Below are positions 17,956 through 27,519 of a DNA stretch of 64,000 bases, one piece after another (position 1 is the first letter of the stretch; each line of letters starts with the position of its first letter). Source of the DNA: a virus. Taxonomy: Duplodnaviria > Caudoviricetes. Location of the stretch: positions 64,001 through 128,000 of the IMG/VR virus record IMGVR_UViG_2595698755_000001. One strand, given 5' to 3'. The position numbers and the translations under genes are program-made. The notes under the pieces were generated by a model. It was not told where the DNA came from. It saw nothing but the letters and a program-made list of their open reading frames with translations, and did no database searches.

Positions 17956-18555
17956 ATGAAAAACAACACTATTGAAACTAAAAACCAAGAAGTTAAAGCA
18001 CCGACAGTAACAAAACGTGATTTCATCTTGAATGAGAATGTTGCAGAATCCTCTGTAAAAGATATTATCACAGGTATCTTAGCTGTAAATAAACACGATG
18101 CAAAGAAGTTAAAGGAAGATGAGAACTATGTACCAGAACCAATCACTCTAGTTGTGAACTCATTTGGAGGTGTTGTGTATGATGGGATGGCTTTAACTGC
18201 TGTCATTGATTCTTCTGAAACACCAGTACATACATACTGCTATGGTAAAGCAATGAGCATGGGCTTCATCATCTTTGCTTCTGGTCACAAACGCTTTGCA
18301 CATCCATTAGCAACGTTTATGTACCACCAAGTATCTAACGTCCTTGCAGGATTCACTGAGGACATTAAAAGAGGTACAGAGCAAATGGAAGTGTTAATGG
18401 AAACTTATGATGCTTATATTCTAGCAAATACAAATGTACCAAAGCACAAAATGGATGAGACTAAAAAGTGCAAAGAAAACTGGTACATTCCTGCTACAGA
18501 AGCAATGCATTATGGATTAGTTGATGAGTTATTAGTATCAAAACGAAATAGATAA
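17956..18555 (+). CDS. clpP: ClpP-like protease 1
   Basis: NSFGG.VYDG, AMSMG (Ser), FMYHQ (His), A.EA..YGLVD. Confidence 0.85.
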   Translation: MKNNTIETKNQEVKAPTVTKRDFILNENVAESSVKDIITGILAVNKHDAKKLKEDENYVPEPITLVVNSFGGVVYDGMALTAVIDSSETPVHTYCYGKAMSMGFIIFASGHKRFAHPLATFMYHQVSNVLAGFTEDIKRGTEQMEVLMETYDAYILANTNVPKHKMDETKKCKENWYIPATEAMHYGLVDELLVSKRNR

Positions 18556-18569
18556 GGGGAGTTTTACAT

Positions 18570-19874
18570 ATGTTAAAAAAGGTTTATGAAGCATTCACTA
18601 AGATTCAAGGCACAAGTGGTAGCACTGCAAAGGAGCAGGAGTTAAAAAAGTATAAGGGTGATAAGGAGATTCTTAATGCCCTTGACTTTCTTTTAAACTC
18701 ATTCGTCACAACAGGTATCTCTACTAAGAAAATGAATAAGAAACTTACAACAACGTTTGAAAATCTATTAGTACCTGCAACATTTGATGTATTACTAGAA
18801 CACATTAAAGAATGCAATACAGGTCGAGACAAAGATATTGCAGTTGTTAAAGCGTTTATACATAACAACAGAGATTATGAGGACTTTATCAAAAAAGTAA
18901 TCACTAAAGATTTGAAACTGGGAATCTCTGCCAAGACAATTAACAAGGTGTTTGGTAAAGGAACAATCCCTGTATTCGATGTAATGTTAGCACATGAGTT
19001 TGAAGAACATGCACATAAAGTAACAGGTAAATTTTTCATCACTCTGAAACTTGATGGTAATCGTTGCCTTGCTGTACGTGAAGGTGATGGTGTTAAATTC
19101 TTTACTCGTAAAGGTAAACCAGTATTGGATATGGTAGAACTAGAAGAACAATTCTTAAAACTACCATCTGGATATGTTTATGATGGAGAACTTCTAGCAA
19201 GTAAAGAAGATACAACATCTGCTGAGTTATTTTCAGCAACACAGAAAGCGACACGTAAAAAAGGTGAAAAGAAAGATTTAGATTTCCACATCTTTGACAT
19301 GTTGCCAATTGCAGAGTTTTCAGAAGGAAAGTCCAAACTTACATATGAAAAACGTAGAGCACAATTAGATGTACTTCAACAACACGTTACTGGTCAAAAG
19401 AATATTCACATCTTACCAGTATTATATGAGGGAACTAATAAAGAAATGATTACTAATTTTGCTTCATGGGCTATTGAGAATGGTCATGAAGGAGTAATGA
19501 TTAACGTTGCCAACGGATTATACGTTGCAACTCGTACTGCAAACCTCTTGAAATATAAAGAGTTTGATAGTGGAGACTTGTTAGTAGTGAGTGTCGAGAA
19601 AGCAATTGACGGTGAGTTTGTGGGATTAATGAAACGTGTCAACGTTGAGTTTAGAGGTAATCTTGTAGGCGTTGGGTCTGGGTTTAATATTTCAGAGCGT
19701 AGAGAATACATAGACAATCCAGATGAAATCATTGGAAAGATTATTGAAGTGCGATACTTTGAGGAAACCAAAGATGAGAAGACAGGTCAACCATCAATGA
19801 GATTCCCAACGTTTAAAGGTATTCGACATGACAAAAGTATTGAAGATATTAGATATAGCGAAAAAGACGAATAG
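18570..19874 (+). CDS. lig: ATP-dependent DNA ligase
   Basis: KLDGNR, YDGEL, IFD, EGVMI, LLKYK; OB domain VGSGF...RFPTF..IR.DK. Confidence 0.93.
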   Translation: MLKKVYEAFTKIQGTSGSTAKEQELKKYKGDKEILNALDFLLNSFVTTGISTKKMNKKLTTTFENLLVPATFDVLLEHIKECNTGRDKDIAVVKAFIHNNRDYEDFIKKVITKDLKLGISAKTINKVFGKGTIPVFDVMLAHEFEEHAHKVTGKFFITLKLDGNRCLAVREGDGVKFFTRKGKPVLDMVELEEQFLKLPSGYVYDGELLASKEDTTSAELFSATQKATRKKGEKKDLDFHIFDMLPIAEFSEGKSKLTYEKRRAQLDVLQQHVTGQKNIHILPVLYEGTNKEMITNFASWAIENGHEGVMINVANGLYVATRTANLLKYKEFDSGDLLVVSVEKAIDGEFVGLMKRVNVEFRGNLVGVGSGFNISERREYIDNPDEIIGKIIEVRYFEETKDEKTGQPSMRFPTFKGIRHDKSIEDIRYSEKDE

Positions 19875-19885
19875 GAGATGATTGT

Positions 19886-20155
19886 ATGAAGAAAATCGTA
19901 TGGAAAATTACAAGTGTAACTGACAAGAATGAGGTAGCTGTTGACAATGAAGATGTAAGACAACGAATGAGTAAGCGATATCTTATGTATGTTGCAGTCG
20001 TAGGTCGTAGTGCAATATTACTCAACGTAGATAATTCACGTGAAGCATTGCAGACATCTACTGTCGAAGAGTTATTCTTATTCGAAGACTCTATGAAACT
20101 TACAACTCGAAACTCTGTTTATTGGTTAAAACAATCTATTGAGGATGTGAACTAA
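19886..20155 (+). CDS. Hypothetical protein
   Basis: RBS AGGAG; TS.V...TTRNSVY phage-type motif. Confidence 0.7.
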   Translation: MKKIVWKITSVTDKNEVAVDNEDVRQRMSKRYLMYVAVVGRSAILLNVDNSREALQTSTVEELFLFEDSMKLTTRNSVYWLKQSIEDVN

Positions 20156-20473
20156 ATGATAAATTTCTTTAAGAAATTATTTAGTAAAGGTGAAGTTGAG
20201 CCAGTGCAAGATACAGAAGTACACCGATTAATCCGATATGCAAGGGATAAAAACCTTGCTATCGTGGTTGGTACTCAAGCACGTGCAGATGAAATCAAGT
20301 CTATTGACGATAGTATTAAGATTTACAGACTTGCAAAAGGATTTACCTTTGAACTGAAAGACACTCAAGATAATCTTCTTTTAGATTCTAGTGTTGCAGA
20401 AGATATGATTGGCTGGGTTAAGAACGGTGAATTTAGTTATGCAGAAGAGTGGAAAGAAAATAATGAACTATAG
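20156..20473 (+). CDS. Hypothetical protein
   Basis: 105-aa ORF abutting the previous stop. Confidence 0.65.
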   Translation: MINFFKKLFSKGEVEPVQDTEVHRLIRYARDKNLAIVVGTQARADEIKSIDDSIKIYRLAKGFTFELKDTQDNLLLDSSVAEDMIGWVKNGEFSYAEEWKENNEL

Positions 20474-20882
20474 AGAGATAGTTATTGTCTATAGTGGTAA
20501 GTATTATGAAGGAAATGTAGCTAGGGGAGAACTTCTACAAAAGATACAGGATGAACTTAAAGCAGAAGGACGTAAGATGACAGGATTATTCTTTGGTGGG
20601 TCATACACAACTACATTGAATTATGATAGTGCAAAAGTGGTTGTGTTCCCATTAGGGACAGCATTTAGTGGTCTTAGAATTTCTGAACTGTATTTCAGTG
20701 ATTCAATATACAAAAGAGATGATTATCAAGAACACATAGACCATTTCTTAGAAATGATAGTACCCGAAACGTATATTCCACAGGTGTATGGATTAACTAC
20801 ACCAAAAGAGAGTCGCATATATGAATTTAACTTTATAGATAAAAAGATAAATATTAAACAATACAAACACAAAGGGGAATGA
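20463..20882 (+). CDS. Hypothetical protein
   Basis: ATG at 20463 overlaps the previous gene end. Confidence 0.6.
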   Translation: MNYREIVIVYSGKYYEGNVARGELLQKIQDELKAEGRKMTGLFFGGSYTTTLNYDSAKVVVFPLGTAFSGLRISELYFSDSIYKRDDYQEHIDHFLEMIVPETYIPQVYGLTTPKESRIYEFNFIDKKINIKQYKHKGE

Positions 20883-20886
20883 TAAT

Positions 20887-21789
20887 ATGGAACAGAAAAA
20901 ATATCAAGATATTACTCGATTAGGTCACAAAACAACTATTGGCGTATTAACTGAGGGCGATTGGATTGTAATTCAAGAAAAACTTGATGGAGCAAATGCA
21001 TCATTCCGAAAAGGTGAGAATGGCGAGATTTTAGCCTTCTCACGCAATACAGCTTTAGATGAGCAAAACAACTTAGGTGGTTTCTGGCAGTTTACACAAA
21101 CATTAGACCCAGACTTGTTATTGCCACATATCGTTTATTTTGGTGAGTGGTTGAACCCTCACAAGGTCAAGTATCCAGAATACCAGAAACAATTCTTCTT
21201 ATACGATTTATATGATACAAACACAGGATTATACTTAGACTTTAATAGAGTAAAAGATGCACACCGTATGTTGGATTTAAACCTTATCCCTGTATTATAT
21301 GAGGGTGAGTATAAAGGCTTTGACCACTTAATGTCATTCGTTGGTCAAACTAAACTCGGTGGTCGTTTAGGAGACATTGAAACAGGTGAAGGTATCGTAG
21401 TTAAGAATGTAGATTTTGTGGATAGACATGGTAACCAGAAGTTTGTTAAACTTGTTACAGATAAATTCCGAGAAGTACAAAGCCAAAAACCTGCTAAAGA
21501 CCCAAAAGTTGAAGCGACACAAGAACAAGTGTTTGTAAACTCTACAATGACAGAAGCACGTGTAGAGAAGATGTTATACAAATTAGCAGATGAAGGTATC
21601 ATTGGTGAAGCACCATTTCAAATCGAAGATATGGGAATCATCTTACGTAACATGGGTACACGTATCTTTGAGGATATCATGAAAGAAGAATCAGATATGT
21701 TACCTGCTGATTATGATGAAAATCAAGTAAGAAAAGCGATTGGAAGAAATATTGCACAAATCGTAAAAAAAATCATTGCCAAGCAGTAA
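20887..21789 (+). CDS. RNA ligase 2 family (Rnl2-like)
   Basis: QEKLDGANAS, FGEW, FFLYD, EGIVVK and VKLV...F.E motifs plus helical C-domain. Confidence 0.8.
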   Translation: MEQKKYQDITRLGHKTTIGVLTEGDWIVIQEKLDGANASFRKGENGEILAFSRNTALDEQNNLGGFWQFTQTLDPDLLLPHIVYFGEWLNPHKVKYPEYQKQFFLYDLYDTNTGLYLDFNRVKDAHRMLDLNLIPVLYEGEYKGFDHLMSFVGQTKLGGRLGDIETGEGIVVKNVDFVDRHGNQKFVKLVTDKFREVQSQKPAKDPKVEATQEQVFVNSTMTEARVEKMLYKLADEGIIGEAPFQIEDMGIILRNMGTRIFEDIMKEESDMLPADYDENQVRKAIGRNIAQIVKKIIAKQ

Positions 21790-21804
21790 AAATAATGATA
21801 TAAT
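21776..21804 (+). promoter_or_regulatory. sigmaA-type promoter, family member
   Basis: TTGCCA-agcagtaaaaataatga-TATAAT. Confidence 0.75.
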
Positions 21805-21848
21805 AGATACATAAGCAAGACAAAACAAATAAAAGGGAGATTGATATT

Positions 21849-22262
21849 ATGACTAAATTTGAATCAAATTTAAACTTATCTTTAAACTTACAGGAGCGTA
21901 GAATGCAGTTACGAAATGAATTGAATAAGACAATCACAGAAATTGTAACAACTAGTTTACGTGAAAGTGTAAGAGACTTATTCAATGAAGTAGGTATTGA
22001 AGGAGTAGAATCATTGAACTGGGACTTCTACCCAGAATCAGATGATGAAGGTGGCAGTGTTTGGTATGTAGATTATGTAGGTGTTTCATTCAAAGAGGGC
22101 GTAGAAAAAGTAGATTTAGAGGAAGTTACTTTCCAAAAAGAATCATGGCGTAAAGATGGAACATTCTGGGAAGCAAACTTAATGGAAGAGTTACGTGAAA
22201 TTATGTGTGAGTTTAGCCGAGACTTGTATGACCAAGACATTACTGAAATCGAACTAGTCTAA
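21849..22262 (+). CDS. Hypothetical acidic protein
   Basis: RBS AAGGGAG; 137 aa. Confidence 0.7.
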   Translation: MTKFESNLNLSLNLQERRMQLRNELNKTITEIVTTSLRESVRDLFNEVGIEGVESLNWDFYPESDDEGGSVWYVDYVGVSFKEGVEKVDLEEVTFQKESWRKDGTFWEANLMEELREIMCEFSRDLYDQDITEIELV

Positions 22263-22275
22263 GGAGAGTGATAAC

Positions 22276-22689
22276 ATGAGTCATCCACATATTCATGCCA
22301 GAAGCTCTGTCAAGTTTTTCGGTGGCAAAGCAGAAGATTATATCGCAATACATAATTGGTTTGACGACAGCAAAGCACACTTAGGAGATATGAGACATAG
22401 AGCATTAAAACATCATACAGCAGGTATCTATGAAGCAGAACGAGTATTTGGAGAAACATTTGTTAACTCTGATGGTCGAACAGTTTACACAAGATATGTA
22501 GGGGAGCAACATGTCATTGAAGACATGGGCTTCCTGCCTAGTCTTGCAGATTGGCTTGAAAACATGGAATTACAAGATTGGATGATGAATAGAGATAAGA
22601 GAGTAAAAGAATTTGGTAAAGAGTTGCCTAGAACACTTCGTCAAAAGATTAAAGAAGCTGAACAACAAAACATTGAAAAGGGAGAATGA
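22276..22689 (+). CDS. DUF6915-like His-rich protein
   Basis: HPHIHARSS..FGG...IH.WFD.SK...RHRALKHH..G...EQHVIEDMG..P...DW. Confidence 0.75.
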   Translation: MSHPHIHARSSVKFFGGKAEDYIAIHNWFDDSKAHLGDMRHRALKHHTAGIYEAERVFGETFVNSDGRTVYTRYVGEQHVIEDMGFLPSLADWLENMELQDWMMNRDKRVKEFGKELPRTLRQKIKEAEQQNIEKGE

Positions 22690-22693
22690 TAAT

Positions 22694-23104
22694 ATGAAAA
22701 ACACAAAAAAAGGTTTATTAGGAATTATGTTAGCAGGAGTAATGATGACTATGGTAGCTTGTGCAGAGATTCCAGATGGTGTTGATGAGAAATTCCACAA
22801 CCGAGCATCTACTATTTTTGAAGAAATTGATGAAGATACAATGGAATTAGAAAACTCTGACAGAGATGATGTTGCAAACTTCCAACTTTTACAATCAACT
22901 GCAAACACTAAACGTGAGCAAGACTTTGTAAAAGGTATTGAAGGAATGTTAAAGCTTCAAGAAAAAGTAATCAATCAAGACGGTAATGCTTTAGCTGAGT
23001 ATTTACAAGCACGTGACTTAGCTATGGATGCGATGAACATGGATGATGAGGGCGATATGGACAGTTTCCAAGTAAACCAATTCGAATTTACGGAGGACAA
23101 ATAA
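22694..23104 (+). CDS. Lipoprotein
   Basis: Signal peptide with lipobox MVAC; RBS GGGAG before ATG 22694. Confidence 0.7.
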   Translation: MKNTKKGLLGIMLAGVMMTMVACAEIPDGVDEKFHNRASTIFEEIDEDTMELENSDRDDVANFQLLQSTANTKREQDFVKGIEGMLKLQEKVINQDGNALAEYLQARDLAMDAMNMDDEGDMDSFQVNQFEFTEDK

Positions 23105-23105
23105 T

Positions 23106-23297
23106 ATGAAAAAATACTTAAAATTGTTGTTAGTGGGTATAATGACTTCTGCGTTTTTGGTGGCTTGTGATGATGACGATGATGATTATAATGACAGCTA
23201 TAATTATCAAGGTGACAATGAAATTATAATTAAAGATGATGATGGTGGTCGTGAGTACGATGATGACGATGACGATTATGAGGGCGATGACGACTAA
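23106..23297 (+). CDS. Small poly-Asp lipoprotein
   Basis: Lipobox LVAC followed by DDDDDDY...DDDDDDYEGDDD. Confidence 0.7.
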   Translation: MKKYLKLLLVGIMTSAFLVACDDDDDDYNDSYNYQGDNEIIIKDDDGGREYDDDDDDYEGDDD

Positions 23298-23305
23298 AAA
23301 ATAAT

Positions 23306-23327
23306 AGAGGGCATTGCCCTCTTTTTT
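23306..23327 (+). terminator. Intrinsic terminator
   Basis: AGAGGGC-att-GCCCTCT-TTTTT. Confidence 0.7.
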
Positions 23328-23340
23328 ATGGAGTGATATT

Positions 23341-23886
23341 ATGAATCTTAATTTTGAAAGAACATTGTGTTTCACTGGGCATCGTCCCGATAAATTATAT
23401 GGTTATAATTATAAGACAGAAGGAAACAGACTCTTACTATTGAAATTGCGGTCTATTATTGAGATGTATATTACTCGTAGAGGTGTTAATACGTTTGTCT
23501 CTGGAATGGCTCTAGGGATTGATATATGGTCTGCACAAATCATTCTAGCATTAAAGAAGAAGTATCCTAAGATTAAATTAGTGTGTGCCATTCCTTGTGA
23601 TGAACAGTGGAAGAAATGGCGACCAGAAGACATTGAGGTTTGGCACAGAGTCGTAGAAAAGGCTGACCATGTGTATTATGTATCAGAAGAGAAGTATACC
23701 CCTTGGTGTATGAATGCCCGAAATAAATGGATGGTAGATAATTCTAATTATGTTATTTCAGTATGGGATGGTGAAAAAACAGGTGGAACGTATGATTGTG
23801 TTAAGTATGCAGTTAAACGCAATAGAAGTCTTATGAATTTAAATCCCGAAACTTTAGAAAAAAATGTTGTAAAAAGTATTGACTAG
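23341..23886 (+). CDS. SLOG-family (YpsA/DUF1273-like) protein
   Basis: FTGHRP, SGMALGID, RNKWMVD, VWDG..GGT..CV.YA motifs. Confidence 0.85.
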   Translation: MNLNFERTLCFTGHRPDKLYGYNYKTEGNRLLLLKLRSIIEMYITRRGVNTFVSGMALGIDIWSAQIILALKKKYPKIKLVCAIPCDEQWKKWRPEDIEVWHRVVEKADHVYYVSEEKYTPWCMNARNKWMVDNSNYVISVWDGEKTGGTYDCVKYAVKRNRSLMNLNPETLEKNVVKSID

Positions 23887-23907
23887 CACTAAAAATAATG
23901 GTATACT
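23879..23907 (+). promoter_or_regulatory. sigmaA-type promoter, family member
   Basis: TTGACT-agcactaaaaataatgg-TATACT. Confidence 0.75.
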
Positions 23908-23936
23908 ATTAGTATAAACAATAAGGAGTTGGTAAT

Positions 23937-24794
23937 ATGATAAAAGTTGATGGAAGAGAAGTTGAATTTAAACAGTTTCCTAACGGTGAAACATTGATGG
24001 TGACAGATAGTTTGAGAGATATTAATTTCTATCCTATCCGAGTAGAGTTTAAGTATGAAGAAGATGGAGATTTAATCAAACTTATGTTTGTTAAGAAGTT
24101 TCTAGATAGCATGACAACTCATGAAAAACAGTTGATTGTCTACTACATGCCTTACAGTCGAATGGATAGAAGTGAAAATGGCTCACCATTCACATTAAAG
24201 TATGTAACAGACTTCATTAACGGATTAGGATTCTGTGCAGTAGCGGTCTTTGAACCACATTCAAATATGACAAACGCATTGATTGACAATGTTAAACCCC
24301 GATATTTAAGTGGCATCATCTTAGAGAAAGCAATGATTGATGTTGATTTTGATAGATGGTATGACTACATAGTGTTTCCAGATGAAGGTGCAAGTAAACG
24401 TTATACACACTTAACAGGATTCCATACGATTATCGGATTCAAGAAACGAAACTTTGAAACTGGTAAGATTGAAGGATTACAACTGATTGGCGACTTTGAT
24501 AAGAAAGGTAAGAAAGCAATCATTGTTGATGACCTTTCAAGTTATGGTGGTACATTCATACATACTGCAAAAGCTTTACGAGAAAAAGGAATTGAAGAAA
24601 TCTACTTAGTGGTAACACATGCTGAGAATAATATCTTCAAAGAAAACCCGTCTACAAAGATGAAATTGCTAGACCACGTGGACAAAGTATTTACAACAAA
24701 TTCATTAGTAACTGAACATACGAACTGGGAAAATAAAAAATACCAAAACCAAGTCATTGTCTATGATGCTATGGACATTGTACGAGGACGATAA
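23937..24794 (+). CDS. PRPP-synthetase-like enzyme (candidate ADPR-PP synthetase, Adps)
   Basis: FPNGE, YMPYSRMDR, EPHS, FPDEGA, K.R, IVDDLSSYGGTF and VTH motifs. Confidence 0.85.
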   Translation: MIKVDGREVEFKQFPNGETLMVTDSLRDINFYPIRVEFKYEEDGDLIKLMFVKKFLDSMTTHEKQLIVYYMPYSRMDRSENGSPFTLKYVTDFINGLGFCAVAVFEPHSNMTNALIDNVKPRYLSGIILEKAMIDVDFDRWYDYIVFPDEGASKRYTHLTGFHTIIGFKKRNFETGKIEGLQLIGDFDKKGKKAIIVDDLSSYGGTFIHTAKALREKGIEEIYLVVTHAENNIFKENPSTKMKLLDHVDKVFTTNSLVTEHTNWENKKYQNQVIVYDAMDIVRGR

Positions 24795-24816
24795 TATAAA
24801 GGGAGAGTGTTGTTAT

Positions 24817-26535
24817 ATGACAAAATTTATTTATCCATCTACATTATTATGTGATTTCTATAAGGTGAGCCACCGAGTACAGTATCCAGAAAATACACAA
24901 GTAATCTATTCTACATTCACACCACGTAGCAATAAGTATTTCCCTGTGGCAGATAAAGTTGTATTCTTCGGATTACAATCATTCATTAAAAAGTTTCTGA
25001 TTGACCACTTTAATACATACTTCTTTAGACGTAGTAAAACTGATGTGATTGCTGAGTACGAACGATACATTCATTATACTCTAGGTGTAGAGAATGTAGA
25101 CACAACACACATCAAAGAGTTATGGGAATTAGGACATTTACCGATTGAAATTAAAGCGTTAAAAGAGGGAACTTTAGCACCAATTAAAACACCAGTATTG
25201 ACGATTGAAAATACAGATGACAATTTCTTCTGGGTTACAAACTACATTGAAACTATTATCTCAAATGAGATTTGGTTACCAATGACATCTGCAACAATTG
25301 CATATGAGTATCGTAAACTATTAGATGAGTTTGCGTTAAGAACTGTAGGAAGTACAGATGGAGTAGAGTTTCAAGGACACGATTTCTCAATGCGTGGAAT
25401 GTCTTCATTTGATGCATCTAAAGCTTCTGGAGCAGGTCACTTGTTGAGTTTTACAGGTACAGATACAATTCCTGCAATCATGTATCATGAAGAGTTTTAC
25501 AAAGCAAATATTGAGAATGAATTGGTAGGAACTTCCATTCCTGCGACTGAACACAGTGTAATGTGTGCATATGGAGATACAAATGAATTTGAGTTATTCA
25601 AACGATTAATCACACAAATCTATCCAAACGGATTCTTCTCTGTAGTTTCTGATACATGGGATTTCTGGAAGGTTGTTGGAGAGTATCTGCCAAAATTAAA
25701 AGATAAAATTATGGAACGTGATGGTCGAGTAGTAATCCGTCCAGATAGTGGTGACCCTGTTGAAATCCTTTGTGGTAAGCACTTCGAAGATTTAACTGGA
25801 GATAGATGGGCTAAAACACTAGAAGAAGCAAAGGATACATTCTATGAAATGATGATGGAAGACTTACGAGACAGAACACCTCATGGAGAGTATGGAGAAA
25901 CAAATATTGTTGACCGATTCAAATATGAAGGTAAATATTATGAGATGGAGATTGAAGTTGAGTATGACCGATACGACAAACAATATTACTTCATCTACGA
26001 AGACAGATTGAAAAAGTTTGAAGAGTTTGAACCGACACTTCAAGACTTAGGATTAATCGAATGTCTCTGGAATATTTTCGGAGGTACAATCACTGAGAAA
26101 GGTTATCGTTTACTAGATACACATATCGGTGCGATTTATGGAGATTCTATCACTCTAGAACGTGCTAGAAAGATTGTAGTAAGATTAGAGCGTAAAGGAT
26201 TTGCATCTCTGAATGTTGTATTCGGTATCGGTAGTTTCACATACCAATATAACACTCGTGACACATTTGGATTTGCATGTAAGGCTACATATGCAGTTGT
26301 TGATGGTGAAGAGAGAATGCTGTTTAAAGACCCGAAAACAGATGACGGAACTAAGAAGTCTCAACGTGGTCGAGTACATGTACATTACAATCATGAAGGT
26401 GAAATCACGTTTAAAGACGGTCTTACTAAGGGTATGGCAATCAAAACTCCAGACCTATTAGAAGTAGTATTCCGCAACAGTGAATTAGTACGTGAACAAT
26501 CGCTATCTGAAATTCGGGAGTTATTACATAAATAG
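24817..26535 (+). CDS. NAMPT-like enzyme (candidate nicotinamide-ADPR transferase, Namat)
   Basis: DFYKVSH, HDFSMRG, GTDT, PATEHSVM, VSDTWD, IRPDSGDP, IYGDSIT and KDPKTDDGTKKS.RG motifs. Confidence 0.9.
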   Translation: MTKFIYPSTLLCDFYKVSHRVQYPENTQVIYSTFTPRSNKYFPVADKVVFFGLQSFIKKFLIDHFNTYFFRRSKTDVIAEYERYIHYTLGVENVDTTHIKELWELGHLPIEIKALKEGTLAPIKTPVLTIENTDDNFFWVTNYIETIISNEIWLPMTSATIAYEYRKLLDEFALRTVGSTDGVEFQGHDFSMRGMSSFDASKASGAGHLLSFTGTDTIPAIMYHEEFYKANIENELVGTSIPATEHSVMCAYGDTNEFELFKRLITQIYPNGFFSVVSDTWDFWKVVGEYLPKLKDKIMERDGRVVIRPDSGDPVEILCGKHFEDLTGDRWAKTLEEAKDTFYEMMMEDLRDRTPHGEYGETNIVDRFKYEGKYYEMEIEVEYDRYDKQYYFIYEDRLKKFEEFEPTLQDLGLIECLWNIFGGTITEKGYRLLDTHIGAIYGDSITLERARKIVVRLERKGFASLNVVFGIGSFTYQYNTRDTFGFACKATYAVVDGEERMLFKDPKTDDGTKKSQRGRVHVHYNHEGEITFKDGLTKGMAIKTPDLLEVVFRNSELVREQSLSEIRELLHK

Positions 26536-26546
26536 AAGGTGATAGC

Positions 26547-26708
26547 ATGAGGTCGAGAGTCAAAGAGAGAAAGCCTAGTATTCTGTTTAAAGCTGTAGTA
26601 ATCTTTATGGTTGCTACAGTGATTTATCTTTGGGGATATGGTCAAGGTCAAGAGGATACATATAACAAGATTAATGATGAAATAAAAGTTTCACAAGTTG
26701 AAAAATAA
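26547..26708 (+). CDS. 53-aa single-TM protein (not in ORF track)
   Basis: MRSRVKERKPSILFKAVVIFMVATVIYLWGYGQGQED...; RBS GAAGGTGA. Confidence 0.6.
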   Translation: MRSRVKERKPSILFKAVVIFMVATVIYLWGYGQGQEDTYNKINDEIKVSQVEK

Positions 26709-26711
26709 TGT

Positions 26712-26740
26712 TTGACAAGCATAAAAATAAATGATATAAT
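26712..26740 (+). promoter_or_regulatory. sigmaA-type promoter, family member
   Basis: TTGACA-agcataaaaataaatga-TATAAT. Confidence 0.85.
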
Positions 26741-26771
26741 AATAGTATAAACAACGAAGGGAATTGATAAT

Positions 26772-27209
26772 ATGATTAAAACAATTAAAGCGGATTTAGT
26801 AACAGCAATGAAAGAAAAAAATGAGTTAAAGAAATCAGTATTACGAATGTTGATTGCATTGTTAGAAAAAGAAAAAGTTGAGTTTAAATTAGAAACTATT
26901 GACCAGTTAACAAAAGAACAAATCATTACAGTTATTGCTCGAATGTCAAAAGCATTAGATAAAGAGATTGAAGAATACCAGAAAGTTAATAGAACAACAG
27001 AAGTACAAGAATCTGAGAAGCTTATTTTAGGAGAATACTTGCCAAAGCAATTAACGGATGAAGAGATTGCAAGATATGTAGTAGAAATTGCAGAGTCAAC
27101 TAAAGAATCTGGTGGTAAAATTGGTCAAGCAATGCAGGAAATTTCCCGTCAATTAAGGGGAAAAGCTGATATGAAGAAGGTTTCAGAAATGATGAAAAAG
27201 CGATTTTAA
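26772..27209 (+). CDS. GatB/YqeY-domain protein
   Basis: DLVTAMKEK...LRML, YLPKQLT.EEI and G..M...GKAD.K.VS motifs. Confidence 0.88.
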   Translation: MIKTIKADLVTAMKEKNELKKSVLRMLIALLEKEKVEFKLETIDQLTKEQIITVIARMSKALDKEIEEYQKVNRTTEVQESEKLILGEYLPKQLTDEEIARYVVEIAESTKESGGKIGQAMQEISRQLRGKADMKKVSEMMKKRF

Positions 27210-27220
27210 GGGTTTGTAGA

Positions 27221-27284
27221 ATCCCCTTTATTAAGGGGATAAATGATACCCTAAAATACTGTATAAAACACGAGTTTTATCAAG
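27221..27284 (+). repeat. Composite element: 20-bp palindrome, 18-nt spacer, dif-like site copy 3
   Basis: ATCCCCTTTATTAAGGGGAT, 18 nt, then C-TGTATAAAA-CACGAG-TTTTATCAAG. Confidence 0.75.
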
Positions 27285-27294
27285 GAGGAATAAC

Positions 27295-27513
27295 ATGAGA
27301 TGGAAATCTGGTAAACCACAATACAGAGGGCAAAAGAGAACTATAAATAAATTTCTTTTGCTCCCTAAAAAGATTAAAGATGAATGGCGTTGGCTAGAGA
27401 AAGTTACATATATAGAAGAAGTACAATCTTATTATAATCCATATGGTAGTGATTCACTATACTGGGAACGTATTAAATGGGTTGACGAAGAAGATAAAAA
27501 GAAAAACATATAA
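27295..27513 (+). CDS. Hypothetical protein
   Basis: RBS AAGGAGG; FLLLP..I..E.RWLE motif. Confidence 0.7.
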   Translation: MRWKSGKPQYRGQKRTINKFLLLPKKIKDEWRWLEKVTYIEEVQSYYNPYGSDSLYWERIKWVDEEDKKKNI

Positions 27514-27519
27514 TGGAGG

